60,211 bases of DNA, filler included, from Dugesia japonica (GCA_001938525.1; 5 parts of 5 records of this genome joined end to end with filler, not necessarily neighbours in it); one strand, 5' to 3'. Shown: positions 1 through 12,903, counted from the first letter of the whole stretch. Notes: generated by a model not told the origin, from the sequence alone. Program-made: numbers and translations.

Positions 1-450
1 CTTAATAATACCAAACTATCCAAAAATTGAATTTCAATCAAGGCGTGTAATCCGGCTTCAAATATATTCTCCAATCGATTTTGATAGAGTAATATCTCAT
101 TATTTGAAATCTCCTCAAAAGCGTCCATGAACACATTGAGATTAAAGATTTTTTCAGATTGTCTGCTTTGTTGGCTTTGCATTCGCTTAGGAAATCAAAT
201 TAATTCAAGCGTACGTAATTATTCGCAGTATTCTTATTTAGAAAGGAAAGAATTTTCGGAATTTTTAGATTTAACCATTTTTTCTTCAATCTCTTCATTG
301 TCTCGAACGCAAATATCAATATTTTTAATAATTTCTTCTTGTTTCAAAGATAACGGATTTATTTTGTTCATATTTTTAAAATAATGATTTATTTCGAAAA
401 TCATGAATTTATATAATTGTTGGTGTGTAAGCATGATTGTATGTAAACGA

Positions 451-577
451 TGACTCACCCTGATCTATGAAAACGATGACTCACTCTGATCTATAAAACT
501 GATGAGTCATCATTATGATTCATACCTATGACTCATCGTCTTTGTTTCAGACATTGATGAGTCATACTTATGACTCA
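451..577. promoter_or_regulatory. Cluster of AP-1/GCN4-type TGA(C/G)TCA motifs next to a Polinton-like terminus
   Basis: Perfect TGASTCA at 451, 477, 503, 529, 558 and 571, plus TGATTCA at 516. Confidence 0.6.
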
Positions 578-605
578 TTGTCTTTGTTATAAAATTTCTT
601 TGTCT

Positions 606-640
606 AGGGGGGTGATCCAGTGCGCCACAATCTACCTACT
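606..640 (-). mobile_element. Polinton-like terminal sequence, copy 1
   Basis: ccagtgcgccacaatctacctact ends at 640; its reverse complement starts AGTAGGTAGAT. The motif recurs at 3427-3450 and inverted at 12683. AG...CT termini are typical of Polintons. Confidence 0.55.
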
Positions 641-711
641 TACTAGCATTATTTTCTGGATGAATAAGTAGAGAGCTATTATTTGGTAAAGGTGTATAGA
701 AATTACTCGAT

Positions 712-1615
712 TTCAACTGAATTTCTTCTTGATTGACTATTTGTGATGCTAATATCCAACTTGGTTTTTTGTATCCATGCCACTTTACATAATATTGTTT
801 ATTCTTTTCTGTTCATTTTGATTTGATAGTTTTTTCTATTCTTTATATCTCTAGTGGTAGAATGACTTTTAATTCTTGTTCATAGAATTTTCCTTGCATG
901 ATATTTAATAACATACATGACCGGATAAGTTTCATGTTGATTTCTGTTATTTGAAACACTTCATCACTCCAATTACTATTGAAATTCTTGATAAATGGTG
1001 AAACTGATATTTTCGATATTCTCACATATCGCCAACTTTATACTTTCGCTTTTTATTTGCTTTTGGTTGTTTTCGCGATAACCATAACTTTAATTGATTG
1101 TTTTTACTTACATCAACCGGTCTTGCTCCATTTGATCTATTATGGCCAGAATGTTTATAACTATGAATAGGTTTCGGTAAAACATTTATCCAAGTCTTAT
1201 TACCAACATATACAAAGTACTTTTTCAATGCATCTCTCAATGTGCAATTAAATCTCTCTGCATGTGCATCTTTATACTGCGAGAACACACTATAATGGTT
1301 TATAGATAGATTATTTATAGGGTGTTTCACCTTGGAATTGTAAAATTCCTTACCAAAATCCATTTGTAAATTATCTGGATGTCCATTTTTAAACATTGAT
1401 TTGATTGCTGGTTCCATATCATAAGCAGATTTTGATTTAGCAGGAACAGCTCTTGCACATCTACTGAATACATCGAAACATGTCAAAATATACTTGTACC
1501 CTTTATTAATTTTTGAATACGGAATCATCTACATTAGATCCATTTGCTATAAATCATCAATACCATATGTTTTATATGCTCTTGATGGAAATCTTTTCAA
1601 CATTAGCTTGTTAAG
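712..1615 (-). pseudogene. Polinton/adintovirus retroviral-like (rve) integrase with C-terminal chromodomain-like segment, disrupted
   Basis: GYKYILTCFDVFSR, LQMDFGKEFYN, HAERFNCTL, YKVGD, NWSDEVFQI and QGKFYEQEL. Manual translation beyond 843 gives KQYYVKWHGYKKPSWI (chromo-like). Stops and frameshifts are present. Confidence 0.9.
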
Positions 1616-1859
1616 GCTATACGCTAGCTATCCAGATAACACCTTTTTCGTCTTTCTTTTTGTTTTTTAAGCTGCTTTCATCAATTTTTCTACGCCTCAA
1701 AAACTTGCTGGATTTTTTAGATTTGTCCATATTGTCTTTAGTTTCCCCATTACAACAATTCGATGTAAATTTTAAGTCAAAATTAAGTAATGATTGCAAT
1801 CAACCCATTGTTTATTAATATATTGGTCAAAAGTGACTATTTTTCATTTGAAATGAGTA

Positions 1860-2170
1860 AAGTCTAATGCAATTGGTTGATGCTGCTATAAATCCACCAC
1901 ATTGATTATCTCGTATTTCTTTCCTCATCAATCTCCTATTTGTTGTATTTACAAGCGATAGTAAGGTTTTTTTTAATGTTTTTTCAATGTTTCCTTTTGA
2001 GCTTCACTCAAATTTACATTACGACGAACAATATTTACAATAATCTCAAGTAAATCGTTCATAACATATGGTGGAAGTGATTAAAAAATTCTCATTCTCA
2101 TTGATTTTGATGATTGAATCAAAGCAGTAAAAAACGGAAAACTTCTTTCTTATTTTATTTTTATTTCCAT
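1860..2170 (-). pseudogene. Small basic Polinton protein with a terminal QxGGF motif (adenain-cleavage/pX-like), disrupted
   Basis: Manual translation gives ...LLEIIVNIVRRNVNLSEAQKETLKKH...RRLMRKEIRDNQCGGFIAA. It lies between the integrase and ATPase remnants. Confidence 0.5.
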
Positions 2171-2201
2171 AACAAAGACATACCAGTTTATTGTTTATAA
2201 T

Positions 2202-2407
2202 GATATCCATTTTCCATTCATCAATTCCAGTTTCTTTTCAGTACTCTTTTCAAGTTTTTAAACTTATTCAATTCTTTTTTCTTATTTGCATATGTTTTCT
2301 TATGTGATATCCATCTTCCATCCATAATTTCCAGTTTCTTTCCGTTACTCTTTGTAAGTTTTTTAAACTTATCCAGTTGTTTTTTCTTATTTGCATACGT
2401 TTTCCTC
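2202..2407. repeat. Tandem duplication of about 105 bp
   Basis: gatatccat...tttcttatttgcata.gttttc occurs at about 2202-2299 and again at 2307-2407. Confidence 0.8.
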
Positions 2408-2521
2408 TAAGATTGTTTCTTGTGGGATTTTTTCTAAAAAAATTGTTTTGTCTTTTTCTTCAAATAAGTGAATCAACAACAATTTTTTTAAACTTTGCTA
2501 TTTCATATAATATTATAAAAA

Positions 2522-3174
2522 TTACCTATTTTGCTTATATACTGTGATACCATTAGGATTGAATATATATGTTCTCACCCTATAATCATCTGGACATTGT
2601 TGTGTAAAGTCGAGAAATAAATATCCATTTCGTTTTTCTGTTGCATCTTGAAATGATTCAATAAGAAATTATCTGTTATTTGGATATCCTTGTCTTGCTA
2701 GAAAATCAAAAACTGTCTAATCTCTAGGATTTTTGAATAGAACCAAATATTGCACTTTTAAATTGCGGATTCTATGACTATCTCCTTGATGAAATAGATT
2801 TTGAGAAATAAATATCACAGTAACATTACGATGTCTTGATTTCTTTGTGAATAAATTATTGAAACCGTTTTCTTTGTTTGCCTTCTGATACAGATCATCA
2901 ACAACAATAACATCACCTGCTCTTAATCTTTTGTTCCAATTTTTATCAAAACCATTTATGATTTTCATTTTTATTTAAAAAATTCAGATTTAGTCAATCC
3001 ATGCTCCTCATCTGTATCCCTATGCCAGTATATGTTTTTAAATTTCGACTTTAATAAATTTGATTTCAATAATTGACATACAAACAAAGTTTTCCCACTA
3101 CCACTAGGTCCAAAAATTTGATAGACTGCATCATTTCTTAATCTCTATATCTTGATTTTCTTTAATTTACTCAT
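2522..3174 (-). pseudogene. Polinton FtsK/A32-like DNA packaging ATPase, disrupted
   Basis: Walker A IFGPSGSGKTLFV (about 3080-3120), Walker B DVIVVDDL, then SRHRNVTVIFISQNLF, YLVLFKNPRD and GYLFLDFTQQCPDDYRVRT. Confidence 0.92.
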
Positions 3175-3426
3175 AATTTAGTACATTTACACACGCACTC
3201 ACACACACACCAACTCAACTTGACCTACTTTAAATTAACCCCCTTAACAACCCAAGAAGACACAGATTTTAAAATTTAAAAATACACACACACCCAGGAT
3301 AAAAAAAACTGATCCAATCAAAAAATTTTTGATCCCAAAAATCTAAGAAAAAAAACTAGCACAAAAATACTGGCATAAAAATACCCCTGGGGAGGGGGTA
3401 TAGCAAATTGTGCTAAAAAAAGTGTG

Positions 3427-3450
3427 CCAGTGCGCTACTATCTACCTACT
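3427..3450 (-). mobile_element. Polinton-like terminal sequence, copy 2
   Basis: gccagtgcgctactatctacctact ends at 3450 and directly abuts a 5'-truncated capsid gene. Confidence 0.55.
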
Positions 3451-3993
3451 AAGGAAATTGTGGCTTATGTAATAAGCAAAGATAGTTCAACGTTTTATAA
3501 GGAGCAAATTTTTTGGAGATCGTTGATAGCAAAACTTTTTGTTGGTAACTTTTCAAAGCAGAGATAGATAAAATGGTCACTTTAAAACATAAAGCTCAAA
3601 TTTAGATCATTTCATTGTGAAAACTTTAACTCTATCTAAAAACAGTGAGAATCATATACTCAAGACTTTGAAAATGATAATTATAGCACATCATACATGC
3701 AATCAATAGTTAGAAATATTGGATATCTAAACAAGAATATGATCGAAGCCTTATCTTATTTTAAGAATATGAATTGTGGAATAACACTTGAGTAGTTTAA
3801 AAATAAATATCCATTCTTTACCTTTGTACTTGCTCCGGATTTTGATATTTATCAGAGTTAATTGCCACAAAATGAAAATATGAGATTGGATATCAAGTTT
3901 GGAAGTGCACTGACTATGCCTTCATATGTAATAATTTATAGAGTATTTGAAAATGAAATCCAAATTTCATCGGACAGAGCTTTACTAATGTAA
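3451..3993 (+). pseudogene. C-terminal part of a Polinton double-jelly-roll major capsid protein
   Basis: Manual translation from 3661 gives QDFENDNYSTSY...FKNKYPFFTFVLAPD...ENMRLDIKFGSALTMPSYVIIYRVFENEIQISSDR, the characteristic MCP C-terminus. Internal stops are present. Confidence 0.85.
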
Positions 3994-4539
3994 ACAATCT
4001 CAATATCATGAAAATAGTTATCCATAATGAAGTAAGATGTGAATATTGCGATGATATTACTTTAATTATTGATTATGATTTATTCATTCATTATAATTAT
4101 TAGTTATGACTTATTTATTGACTTATTAAAAACTATGATTTATTTATTGATTTTAATTAATAACTATGATTTATTTAATAATTTAACTAATGACCTTAAC
4201 ATTTTAATGGTCTTTCAATGGATCTAAACTTTTTAAAAGAACTTTTAACGACCTTGACCTTTTAAGTGATTTTAACTTTTTAGATGACCTTAACCTTTTA
4301 TAGATAAAATTTTACAAATAAACAATAAAACAATAAATAAACTTTATTTATTTAGGAACCTTGCAAACTATTGTGGAAGTTCAAGTCATAACAAAGACTG
4401 TCACGATATAATGGAAAAGTATTATAGTCTTATTTATTGTAGGTAAAAATATTATGTTTGTCCATCATTCACTACTTTAGGGGTAGGTACATACACAGAG
4501 TTTTATAAGGCACATATACATCACTTGTTTCAATTCTTT

Positions 4540-7500
4540 GAAAGGAAGAGTATAGTACTGAAGAAAATTCTCCAAGGACCTCCATGTAAGAAGTTTAAAG
4601 CAGAATCGGAAGTTATAGTTATTGAGGAGGATAATATTATCAAGAACGAACCAGTTGGACCAGACGTAATAGTCTTTGAATATTTTAGTATTATCAAGAA
4701 CAAACCAGTTAAACCAGAGGTTATAGTTATTTAGGATGATACTGAGGAAGAAATGTACTGGAATAATATAAAAATAATCGAAGATCTAAATGAACAGGAC
4801 TTTGTTGATGAAGATGATGTAGAAGAAGTGATGCAAAAATATTTGTAAAAAGAAGAAACACGAGTTGGTGGATCTATAGACGAATCCGTTATTGAAACAG
4901 ACTTGTACAAATGCCACCTGATCTTGAAATTAGATGTTTCAAAATTTAACATGTAAGAGATAATTTTATCAGATACTTTGGTGCAAAAACTGAATAAAAT
5001 AATCGAAGAAATGAAGGATATAAAAATCCAGTTTGGAATTCATGTAGAATTTATAAGAGACCATGAAATAAAAAGTTTTCATTTATCTAATAGTGATGTA
5101 CTACCTAGTGATAAGTTTTTTGAAGATGGGATTAGGGTATTAAACGAGAAGATTGTTGTAAGAAGCGAGTTAGGAAGTAGCTGGACACTTAGTAGGATAT
5201 TAGAAATAAACTTTAAATTGACTAAAATTAGTAAATAAGTAGATTGTCAGGTCGCAGTCATATTCCGACGCCTGAAAATCTTAAAGCAAAGAAAGCAATT
5301 GTTAACGTAAAAAACAAAGATGATAAATGTTTCATATATAGTGTTCTTGATATTCAAATACGAGATTTTGTAGACAAAAATCATGGCAATCGTACGCAAT
5401 ATAATAGTTTTATGCCAGATCTTGTTTTCAGTGAAAATGACATACCCATGAAATTGGTGAATATTCCAAAATTTGGAAAACAAAACCCTGAATTGAGTAT
5501 AAATGTTCAATCATGGAATCCGAACTCAAATGAAGTTGATGAAGATGAAGTTGTCATGAAACACCCAAACCTCGATATAATTCACAGATCAAAAGTTGAG
5601 GGTGGACAGAAAATAAATTTATTATTACTTAAAGATGATGATAAATTTCATTATACTGATGTGGTGAATTTGAATAGGCTTCTTAACAGATATATTAAAA
5701 AGAATGGAGTACAAATAAGATCTAAATGATGTCCAAATTGTCTGAATGGATTTAGGGATAATAATACTTTCAAGACTCATGGACCAATCTGTGAAAGGAT
5801 GCAAACAGGAACAAACCTTTATACAATGCCTGATAAAAAGAGTTAAAGTTTAAAGATTATTCAAACACTGTGACTTCAGCATATGTAATTTACGCTGATT
5901 TAGAATCAGTGCTGGAGAAAGATCTTGAACATTACCAGAAGCATTTGCCTATAACAGCAGGACTTTTGTTAGTAAATAATTTCACTAATGAATATCAATA
6001 CCATACATTTATCGGGTCAGACTATGTTTACAATTTCGTGACAATGATTGAAGAAATTACCAAGAACATTGTATACCTTTACTATGAAGGAAAAAGTAAG
6101 AAAAGTTGAAAGAATAAGAAGAAATTAAATTCAAAGAATCGACTATTTGAATTTATGCAAGAAAAGTATAGTAAAACCGGTTAGAGACCATGATCATTTC
6201 ATTGGTAAATATGTTGGTGCTGCATGTTCAAAATGCAATATTAGTAGAAAAATCAGATATGAATTGCCAATAGTCTTTCATAATCTTAGAGGTTATGACT
6301 TGCACCATATATTGAAATACGGACTTAGTCAATTTGCACACTGGGATATCTCGTGCATACCAACAACAAGCGAGAAATACTTATGCTTGATTGCACATTA
6401 TGCAGACGTAACCATAAAGTTTATATATTGATATCAGTTTATTAATAGCACATTGAATACGGCTGTTAAAACGATCCAATCAACATCCAAGGAGTTTAAT
6501 GACAACAGAATTATCAAATCAAAGGGAATTTTCCCATATGAATTTGCTACAAGCCTGACAGTGTTGGAAGAAACCGAATGCATACCACCAAATGGAATGG
6601 TGTCAACGAAGAATAATATCAGAAGGCTCTACAAACGTGGACTATTTCTGGATGCAAGAATTTACTGGATTACATGATGATTTATTCTTGCTAGCTGACT
6701 TTTTCAACAATTTCGAACAAAGTCGCTAGCACACAACGGACTGGAACCATTAACATTTTTTGGAATTCCAGGCATGAGCTGGGCATTAGCATTGATGACT
6801 CTAAAGGATCCTATCGAAATACTTACAGACAATGATATGTTTACATTTTTCGAGGGAGGAATCAGAGGGGGACTCACATTTGTGAACAAACACTATGTGG
6901 AATCGGACGAAAACACAAAGCCTTTGTACATTGATATAAATAACTTATATTGGTGGGCATTAAGCCAGAAATTTCCATATATGGATTTTCAAGGGATACA
7001 TATTAGAGCAAATATTGTACTAATGCAGAACATTGGATCTAGAATCATTATCATATGGCTACATAGTAAAAGTTAATATTCAAATACCGGACAAGTTACA
7101 CGATTATTTAAGCGATGTGCCTATTTGAGCCGAACATCAAAGCCCACCAGGAAGTAAGGTAAAGAAGCTGTTATTAACAAATAATACCAAACTTGATTAT
7201 GTTGTACATTGGGGATTATTACAATTGTACATGCAACTAGGTGTTAGAATCGCTAAAATACATAGAACTGCAAAGTTCACACCTGATTATATTTTCAAGA
7301 AGTATAAAGATGAAAATACTGAGCTAAGATCGAAAAGTACATCAGAACTAGACAAGAATTAATTATAAGCTTTTAAACAATAGTCTCTACGGAAAACAGT
7401 ATAAAATCTAAAGAAACGGATGAATCTCAGAGTGTGAAATTCAGCCAAAAAGCTTAATACATACGCTTCGCAGCCAAGCTTTAGGAAAATAAATGAAAAT

Positions 7501-8166
7501 AGATCAGGATTTAATTATAGTATGGCTGAAATAAGGATAAAGTTTGTCTCAATCGTCCTAGTTATATCGGCCGCAGTGTTGGACTTGAGTAAGTTAAGAA
7601 TGTACCAGCTCCAATACAATGTGCTTGAGAAATATAGGAAAGATGGAAAATGTATCAGAAATATAGTGGAAGGAGATACCAACAGGCTTTTCTTGAAAGT
7701 TAAATGTATTAGATTGGAAAGATTGTTAAAACTGGTGGTTCAGGATGACTTGTTGGACACTTCCAATTATGATGTAAAACATCCGCTTTATAGCGACAAG
7801 CTAAAATCAGTAGTAGGGAAATTTAAAGACGAAAGCAAGGGTAAGAGATACAAGGAATGGATTTTTCTGAGACGGAAATGTTATAGTCTCCTTAGCAAAA
7901 GGGCCAGCATGAAGGCTAAAGGAGTAACACTAAAAGATACCGACTTAACACATCAGTAGTATCTAGATTGTTACAATAACAATCAATCAGTTTCAGTAGA
8001 AAAATTTAGGATAGGCAAAATAAACCACCAATTGTTTAGTTTTAAGAGATCAAAAATAGCATTAACCAACAAGGACGATAAGAGAGTATGGACACACGAA
8101 AACACTAGTGTTCCATACGGACATTGTAGTTTGACCGCAATAAATAAGACTTTGGATCAACAATAG
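4540..8166 (+). pseudogene. polB: Protein-primed family B DNA polymerase of a Polinton/adintovirus, heavily disrupted
   Basis: Motifs in order: KKAIVNVKNKDDKCF, YADLES (ExoI), VRDHDH...GAACSKCN, VFHNLRGYD (ExoII), KGIFPYE, GIRGG, YIDINNLY (motif A), KLLNNSLYG (motif B, about 7367), EGDTN (degenerate motif C), GKFKDE, KAKGV and DDKR. Confidence 0.95.
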
Positions 8167-8899
8167 AATGTTCAGGTAATGAGTTTATCTGAATTTATTA
8201 GAAATTATTTTATTATTTAGCAATCAAACGAAGAATTTGAACAAAATGCATGTACTCCTACTAGCTTTTATTGAACAGACTTTTATTGAACTAACATTAT
8301 TAACTGTTTGTTATTGTACAAAATAGATTTTCTGTAATGTGATTAGTGTCTTGATTTATTATTATATTTTTAATATTGTGAGTGATTCATGTTAGTGTTA
8401 ATATTACCGTAGAGCAACTAATATTAATAGAACTGGGGAAAATTTAATGTCGTGAGCATTAAATGGTTTGTTCAGGGAGCATCTAATGTCGGTTACAGCA
8501 AAGAGTGCGTAGTTTGTACTCTGTAACAACTAATTTTTCTAACTAACATCTAATAGTATGAACACTGAAACATTCATTGGTATGAAACCTAAGCAACTAA
8601 TGTAAATATTGCTCGGGAAACATTGAATATTAATGTTAATATTACCCGTGCGGAATATTTTATGTTAATATTGTCGGGGAGAAAATCACATTCAAAAAAC
8701 TTTGCATAATTTAAACAAACATAAGCTTTATCAATAACTTTTCCTTAAAGAAACTCAAAAATTATTAATTTGGTTAAATTTAAACAAATAATCATTAATT
8801 TCGTTTAATTTCCACAAAATAGTAATAATTTCACTTAATTTAAACAAAAAAATAAGGAATTAACATAATTAGCATAACAACACTTATAATAAGTTTTAT

Positions 8900-10678
8900 T
8901 TTTTATAAATAGTATTACGTGGTTATTAGTTAATTTAAACAAATAAAATCAATAATTTACTCCATTTAAACAAAATAATTGTTACGTGAGGATTACGTAA
9001 TCATTGCATAATCATTATGCAATTATTAGTTAACCATATCGTCACCGTTATGTAATCAATACATGCGTTCTTTGGACCAATCAAATTTCAGTAATAAACG
9101 CACCAGTTACGTAATCACTCACCTAAATTTTCAACCAATCAAATTGTAGGAAACAAAAATGAGGCATTCAGACATGAGAAGGATATAGTTCAGTGGAAAC
9201 AATGAAAAAAACAAAATGGACCACGAAGTTGAACTTATGCAGAATCTAGAATTACGATAGGAACAACGAAGAGAAAGCATAGTTAAAGGAAGAAAGGCGA
9301 TAATAAAGGTAACCATCAAAACAAAGAAAATAATAACACAGCTAAGCAGGTGTTCATTAGTCAAGAATATAGAAAGTCGATTAAATTAATAATCAAATGA
9401 ATAAAAATAAATTAATTAATGAAAGAAAACGGCGAAGTTTAATTAATTCTAGATTAAAAAAGAAAAACGAACAACAAATTAGTTTTTATGAAGAAAATAA
9501 AATTAAATAATTTATTTATTTAAATAAAATAAATCATATGAATTAAAATGATTTATTTTGAAGCAGAAAATAAATTATTTGTCAAAAAATAAGTAAAATG
9601 AAGGTTCCTGCTTGAGTTAAAATTGGCAGTTAAGAAAATTATAGACAAGAAAAAATCGGGGAGTTCGAAAATGCAAATTAAAAAATCGTAACAAAATCCA
9701 GAAAGACGTTACAAGGGTTTGAAAATTGACTAATAATTTTGGAATCCCAAAATATTCACCAATAAAAAGAAATCATGTGACAAAATTAAAATAATTTACC
9801 AGTAAAAACGCCGAAAATGATAGTTAACCAATGGGAAGGACGAGAAAGTAGAAGAAACCGGTATAAATACCGATTCGATTTTCATCAGGAGAGACAAAAA
9901 GTTTTACCAAGTGTAGCAAATTCAAGCTAAATTACCAAATTTATCAAATCCAGCAAATTGTCAAGTTTACCAAACCAATTTAATCTACCCACTTACTGAA
10001 ATCCAGATTTCAACGAGAATAAAAGTTTAGAAGCAAAGAATTGATCCAAAGGTGAATTTAACGGTAATTTTTTGTTAATTACGCGCAACGATTTTCGACT
10101 CGTAAATGCAAGGTTACGGAGGACTTTTGGAATCGCTAATGGTTACCGCCGATGCTCCATTACAATTATTGTGCTTGCTCTGGATCGGGATTCAGGTCAT
10201 GTTAGTTATATTAATTGTCATATTTATTAAATTCATGTGTAACAAGTAACTTTTGACATCTTTAATTTAGTTTACGAGTTCAATTCTTTTGTTTTCTCAT
10301 TTAATTCAGTCTAAAATCATTTTATAATGGGTTTCAAATTAAAATTACTAAAAAAACGACTTAAAACCCAAACTGGTAAAAATCAAAACTAACATCAGGA
10401 CGATTCCACATATAAAATATAATAATAGTTATATAAGCTTTAAAATACTATGTTAAGGTTTGATATTACATCATTAGGACTTAATTTCGACCGAGAACCA
10501 TAAAAACGAACCCGAACTAAACGAGTGCAAGCCTGTACTTGAATTCTGAATCAACGGCTCCATTCCGAAGATCTGGAATTTTGGGGACACCAGATTAAAT
10601 TCTTCGCGGGGTTTTACAAGGCCAACCACTCTAGACTTAATTATTAAAAAATCAACCCACCTAGATGAAACCCCAGCA
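8900..10678 (+). mobile_element. Probable long LTR-like repeat of the ...GAACCCCAACA family (left boundary uncertain)
   Basis: CCAATCAAATT twice, TATAAATA at 9862, then ggccaaccactct (10620) and an end gaaaccccagca (10678) resembling the ends at 51485 and 57601. Confidence 0.4.
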
Positions 10679-11881
10679 ATAGTATTATGCGGTTATTAGT
10701 TAACAATGTACATGATACTCACGAAATTCAGAGCAAGAACAAGTAGCATCATCAAACCAGTTTTTTTTAATTTAAATCCTATCTTATAGGGTTTAATCGT
10801 AAAAATTTTTGGGCAGCGCTCCGCCTAATACTAGCTGGTTTTAAGAAACCACTGTTATTTTCTGCTCTATCAACTGAGAGCGAGAGCCGCTGTCATTTTT
10901 AAAACTTCTTTCTTACCTTTCTTAAAGATCTAAAATTTTATTGCAAGTTTTACAGTGAAAATTAGACTGTATAGGTATAGTGATCGCTTATATACCAATT
11001 TTTCGAATAATTTTTAGCAACTACCTCCTCAGAATCATGCCACTTTTTAGTCTTTTTGGTTAGTCTAAATTGATTTATCACCTCAGTCTATTATTCTTAG
11101 AATTTTTTCAGATTTTTTCTCAGACTTTTTTGTTACTATTTTTAGTAACATACCCTGATTAGACCTTTGTAAAAACCTCAATAACCTACTTTTCAATGCT
11201 TGTCTCACTTTCTAACTACAATTTCTTGAGTGTTTTACACTAAATTTTCTTACATAATCAATTTTCGTCCACGGGAACCTTATTTTTCTGTGATTTAATT
11301 TTTTAATCATAAATTCCAAAATAAATTAATAATATTTTTCGGGAATTAATTAATTGATGTATTTATTTTATTATTTTGTTATTTTCTATTTATTTATATT
11401 TAATAATTACGTTAAAGATTCCCATTGTACCCAATTTGCTGCCATTACATAATTTTTTTTAATTAATTTCAATTCTTCTTTCGATTTGTCTGGGATTATT
11501 TTTATTAACTGATTAAGTAATTATTTTTCTGATATTCAGAACCGATTCTTCCCTTCTTTTCCCGATATCAAGCGTTTTACCCCAACAATTTTAATAATAC
11601 GATTTCATATATGCGCAATGTTATAAATTTTTCACGAACTCAAATTTACATACTAATAAAAAAAATAAATTTCATTGTTTACTTTTAAACAAGTGAAAAA
11701 TCACACGTCAATTAAAAATATTTTGGTGTGAAAAAAAACAATAAATAAAATAAATGTTTACAATTAAAGTGAAATTTCGTGCCAAAGGTGTGAAAATTCC
11801 CACCTATTGTTGTTTACATTATGAGGTGTTATGTGATCTGTCAATCATCTGAGCCAGTGTACCTATTACCTACTAACATCT

Positions 11882-12500
11882 CCAATTTTGAAAATTTTTT
11901 GAAAAATTTTTTATCGAGATTTTTACATCAATCGATTCAGAATGACCTCGGGATAATTCTAGCTAAAAATGATTTTTTCGAAAAATATTTTGTTCTCAAA
12001 TTTAATTATAATCTAGTCTATTCGATATAGAATTGTCCGCTGATCATTACTGACCTAGTTAAACATCGCCAAATTTTGTCTGGGGCTGAAAAAATGGGAT
12101 AAACTCGAGAATTTCTGACAATTTTGAAAAGATTTTATTTCTAATCGTAACGAAACATGCAATAGTCGATAGAGAATTATTTACTAATCAAGATAAACAT
12201 CACCTAAAATATTCAAACTTAATTTTGACAGAGAAAATTCGAAAAAACATGGTCAGAAATCCCGAGGATGCCTAACAGACACAAATAAAAAATTATTTTT
12301 TATAATTTTCATCCAAATTTAATATCCAAGTACTATTTGATAGAGAATTTTTCACTGAACAGGAATATCTACGGTAGAAATTTGTTAAATTGAATTTTTC
12401 GAAAAAATTATTTTTAGCTGTAAATGATCCTGAGGTCATTCCGAATCGATTGATGTAAAAATCTCGAGAAAAAAATTTTCAAAAACTTTTCAAAATTTGG
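11882..12500. repeat. Foldback structure with inverted arms of about 110 bp, probably non-autonomous DNA transposon-like
   Basis: 11882-11990 (...tcgagatttttacatcaatcgattcagaatgacctcgggat...) is the imperfect reverse complement of 12394-12500. The downstream flank (catgaatttcc...aattcaacccaaact) recurs at about 24140-24224. Confidence 0.75.
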
Positions 12501-12682
12501 TATTTTCCCCCAGGATTCCCATAAAAAATTGATTTAAAAATTCAAAAATTTTCATATTATTTAAACAAAATAGACAGCTCACATGAATTTCCATAAAAGT
12601 TTTAAATTATCTTTTACAAACTTAAAAGATTAAACAATTTTGACTTCACCCATGAATTTCCTTTAAGAATTCAACCCAAACT

Positions 12683-12895
12683 AGAAGGTAGATAGTGGCG
12701 CATTAGCACACTGCACCCCCCTGAAAACCGCTCGATAACTGCTTAATTTCGAGTGTACTTTAAATCAATGGAATTTTTTGTTTAAATTAATGGAATTTTT
12801 TGTTTTAATTAATGGAATTTTCTGTTTTAGTTAAAAGAATTTTCTGTTTTAATAAATGAAATTTTTTTTTAGTTAACAGTGGAATTTTCTATTTT
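12683..12895 (+). mobile_element. Polinton-like terminus, copy 3 (opposite orientation), with about 21-bp subterminal repeats
   Basis: AGAAGGTAGATAGTGGCGCA...gcacccccct followed by about 6 copies of aatggaattttttgttt. Confidence 0.5.
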
Positions 12896-12903
12896 TTTCT
12901 TTT

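Noticed and set aside
4540-8166. Stop-codon reassignment or programmed readthrough explaining the many in-frame stops
   Set aside because: All three stop types occur together with frameshifts and mutated catalytic residues, which fits neutral decay with GC-to-AT bias.
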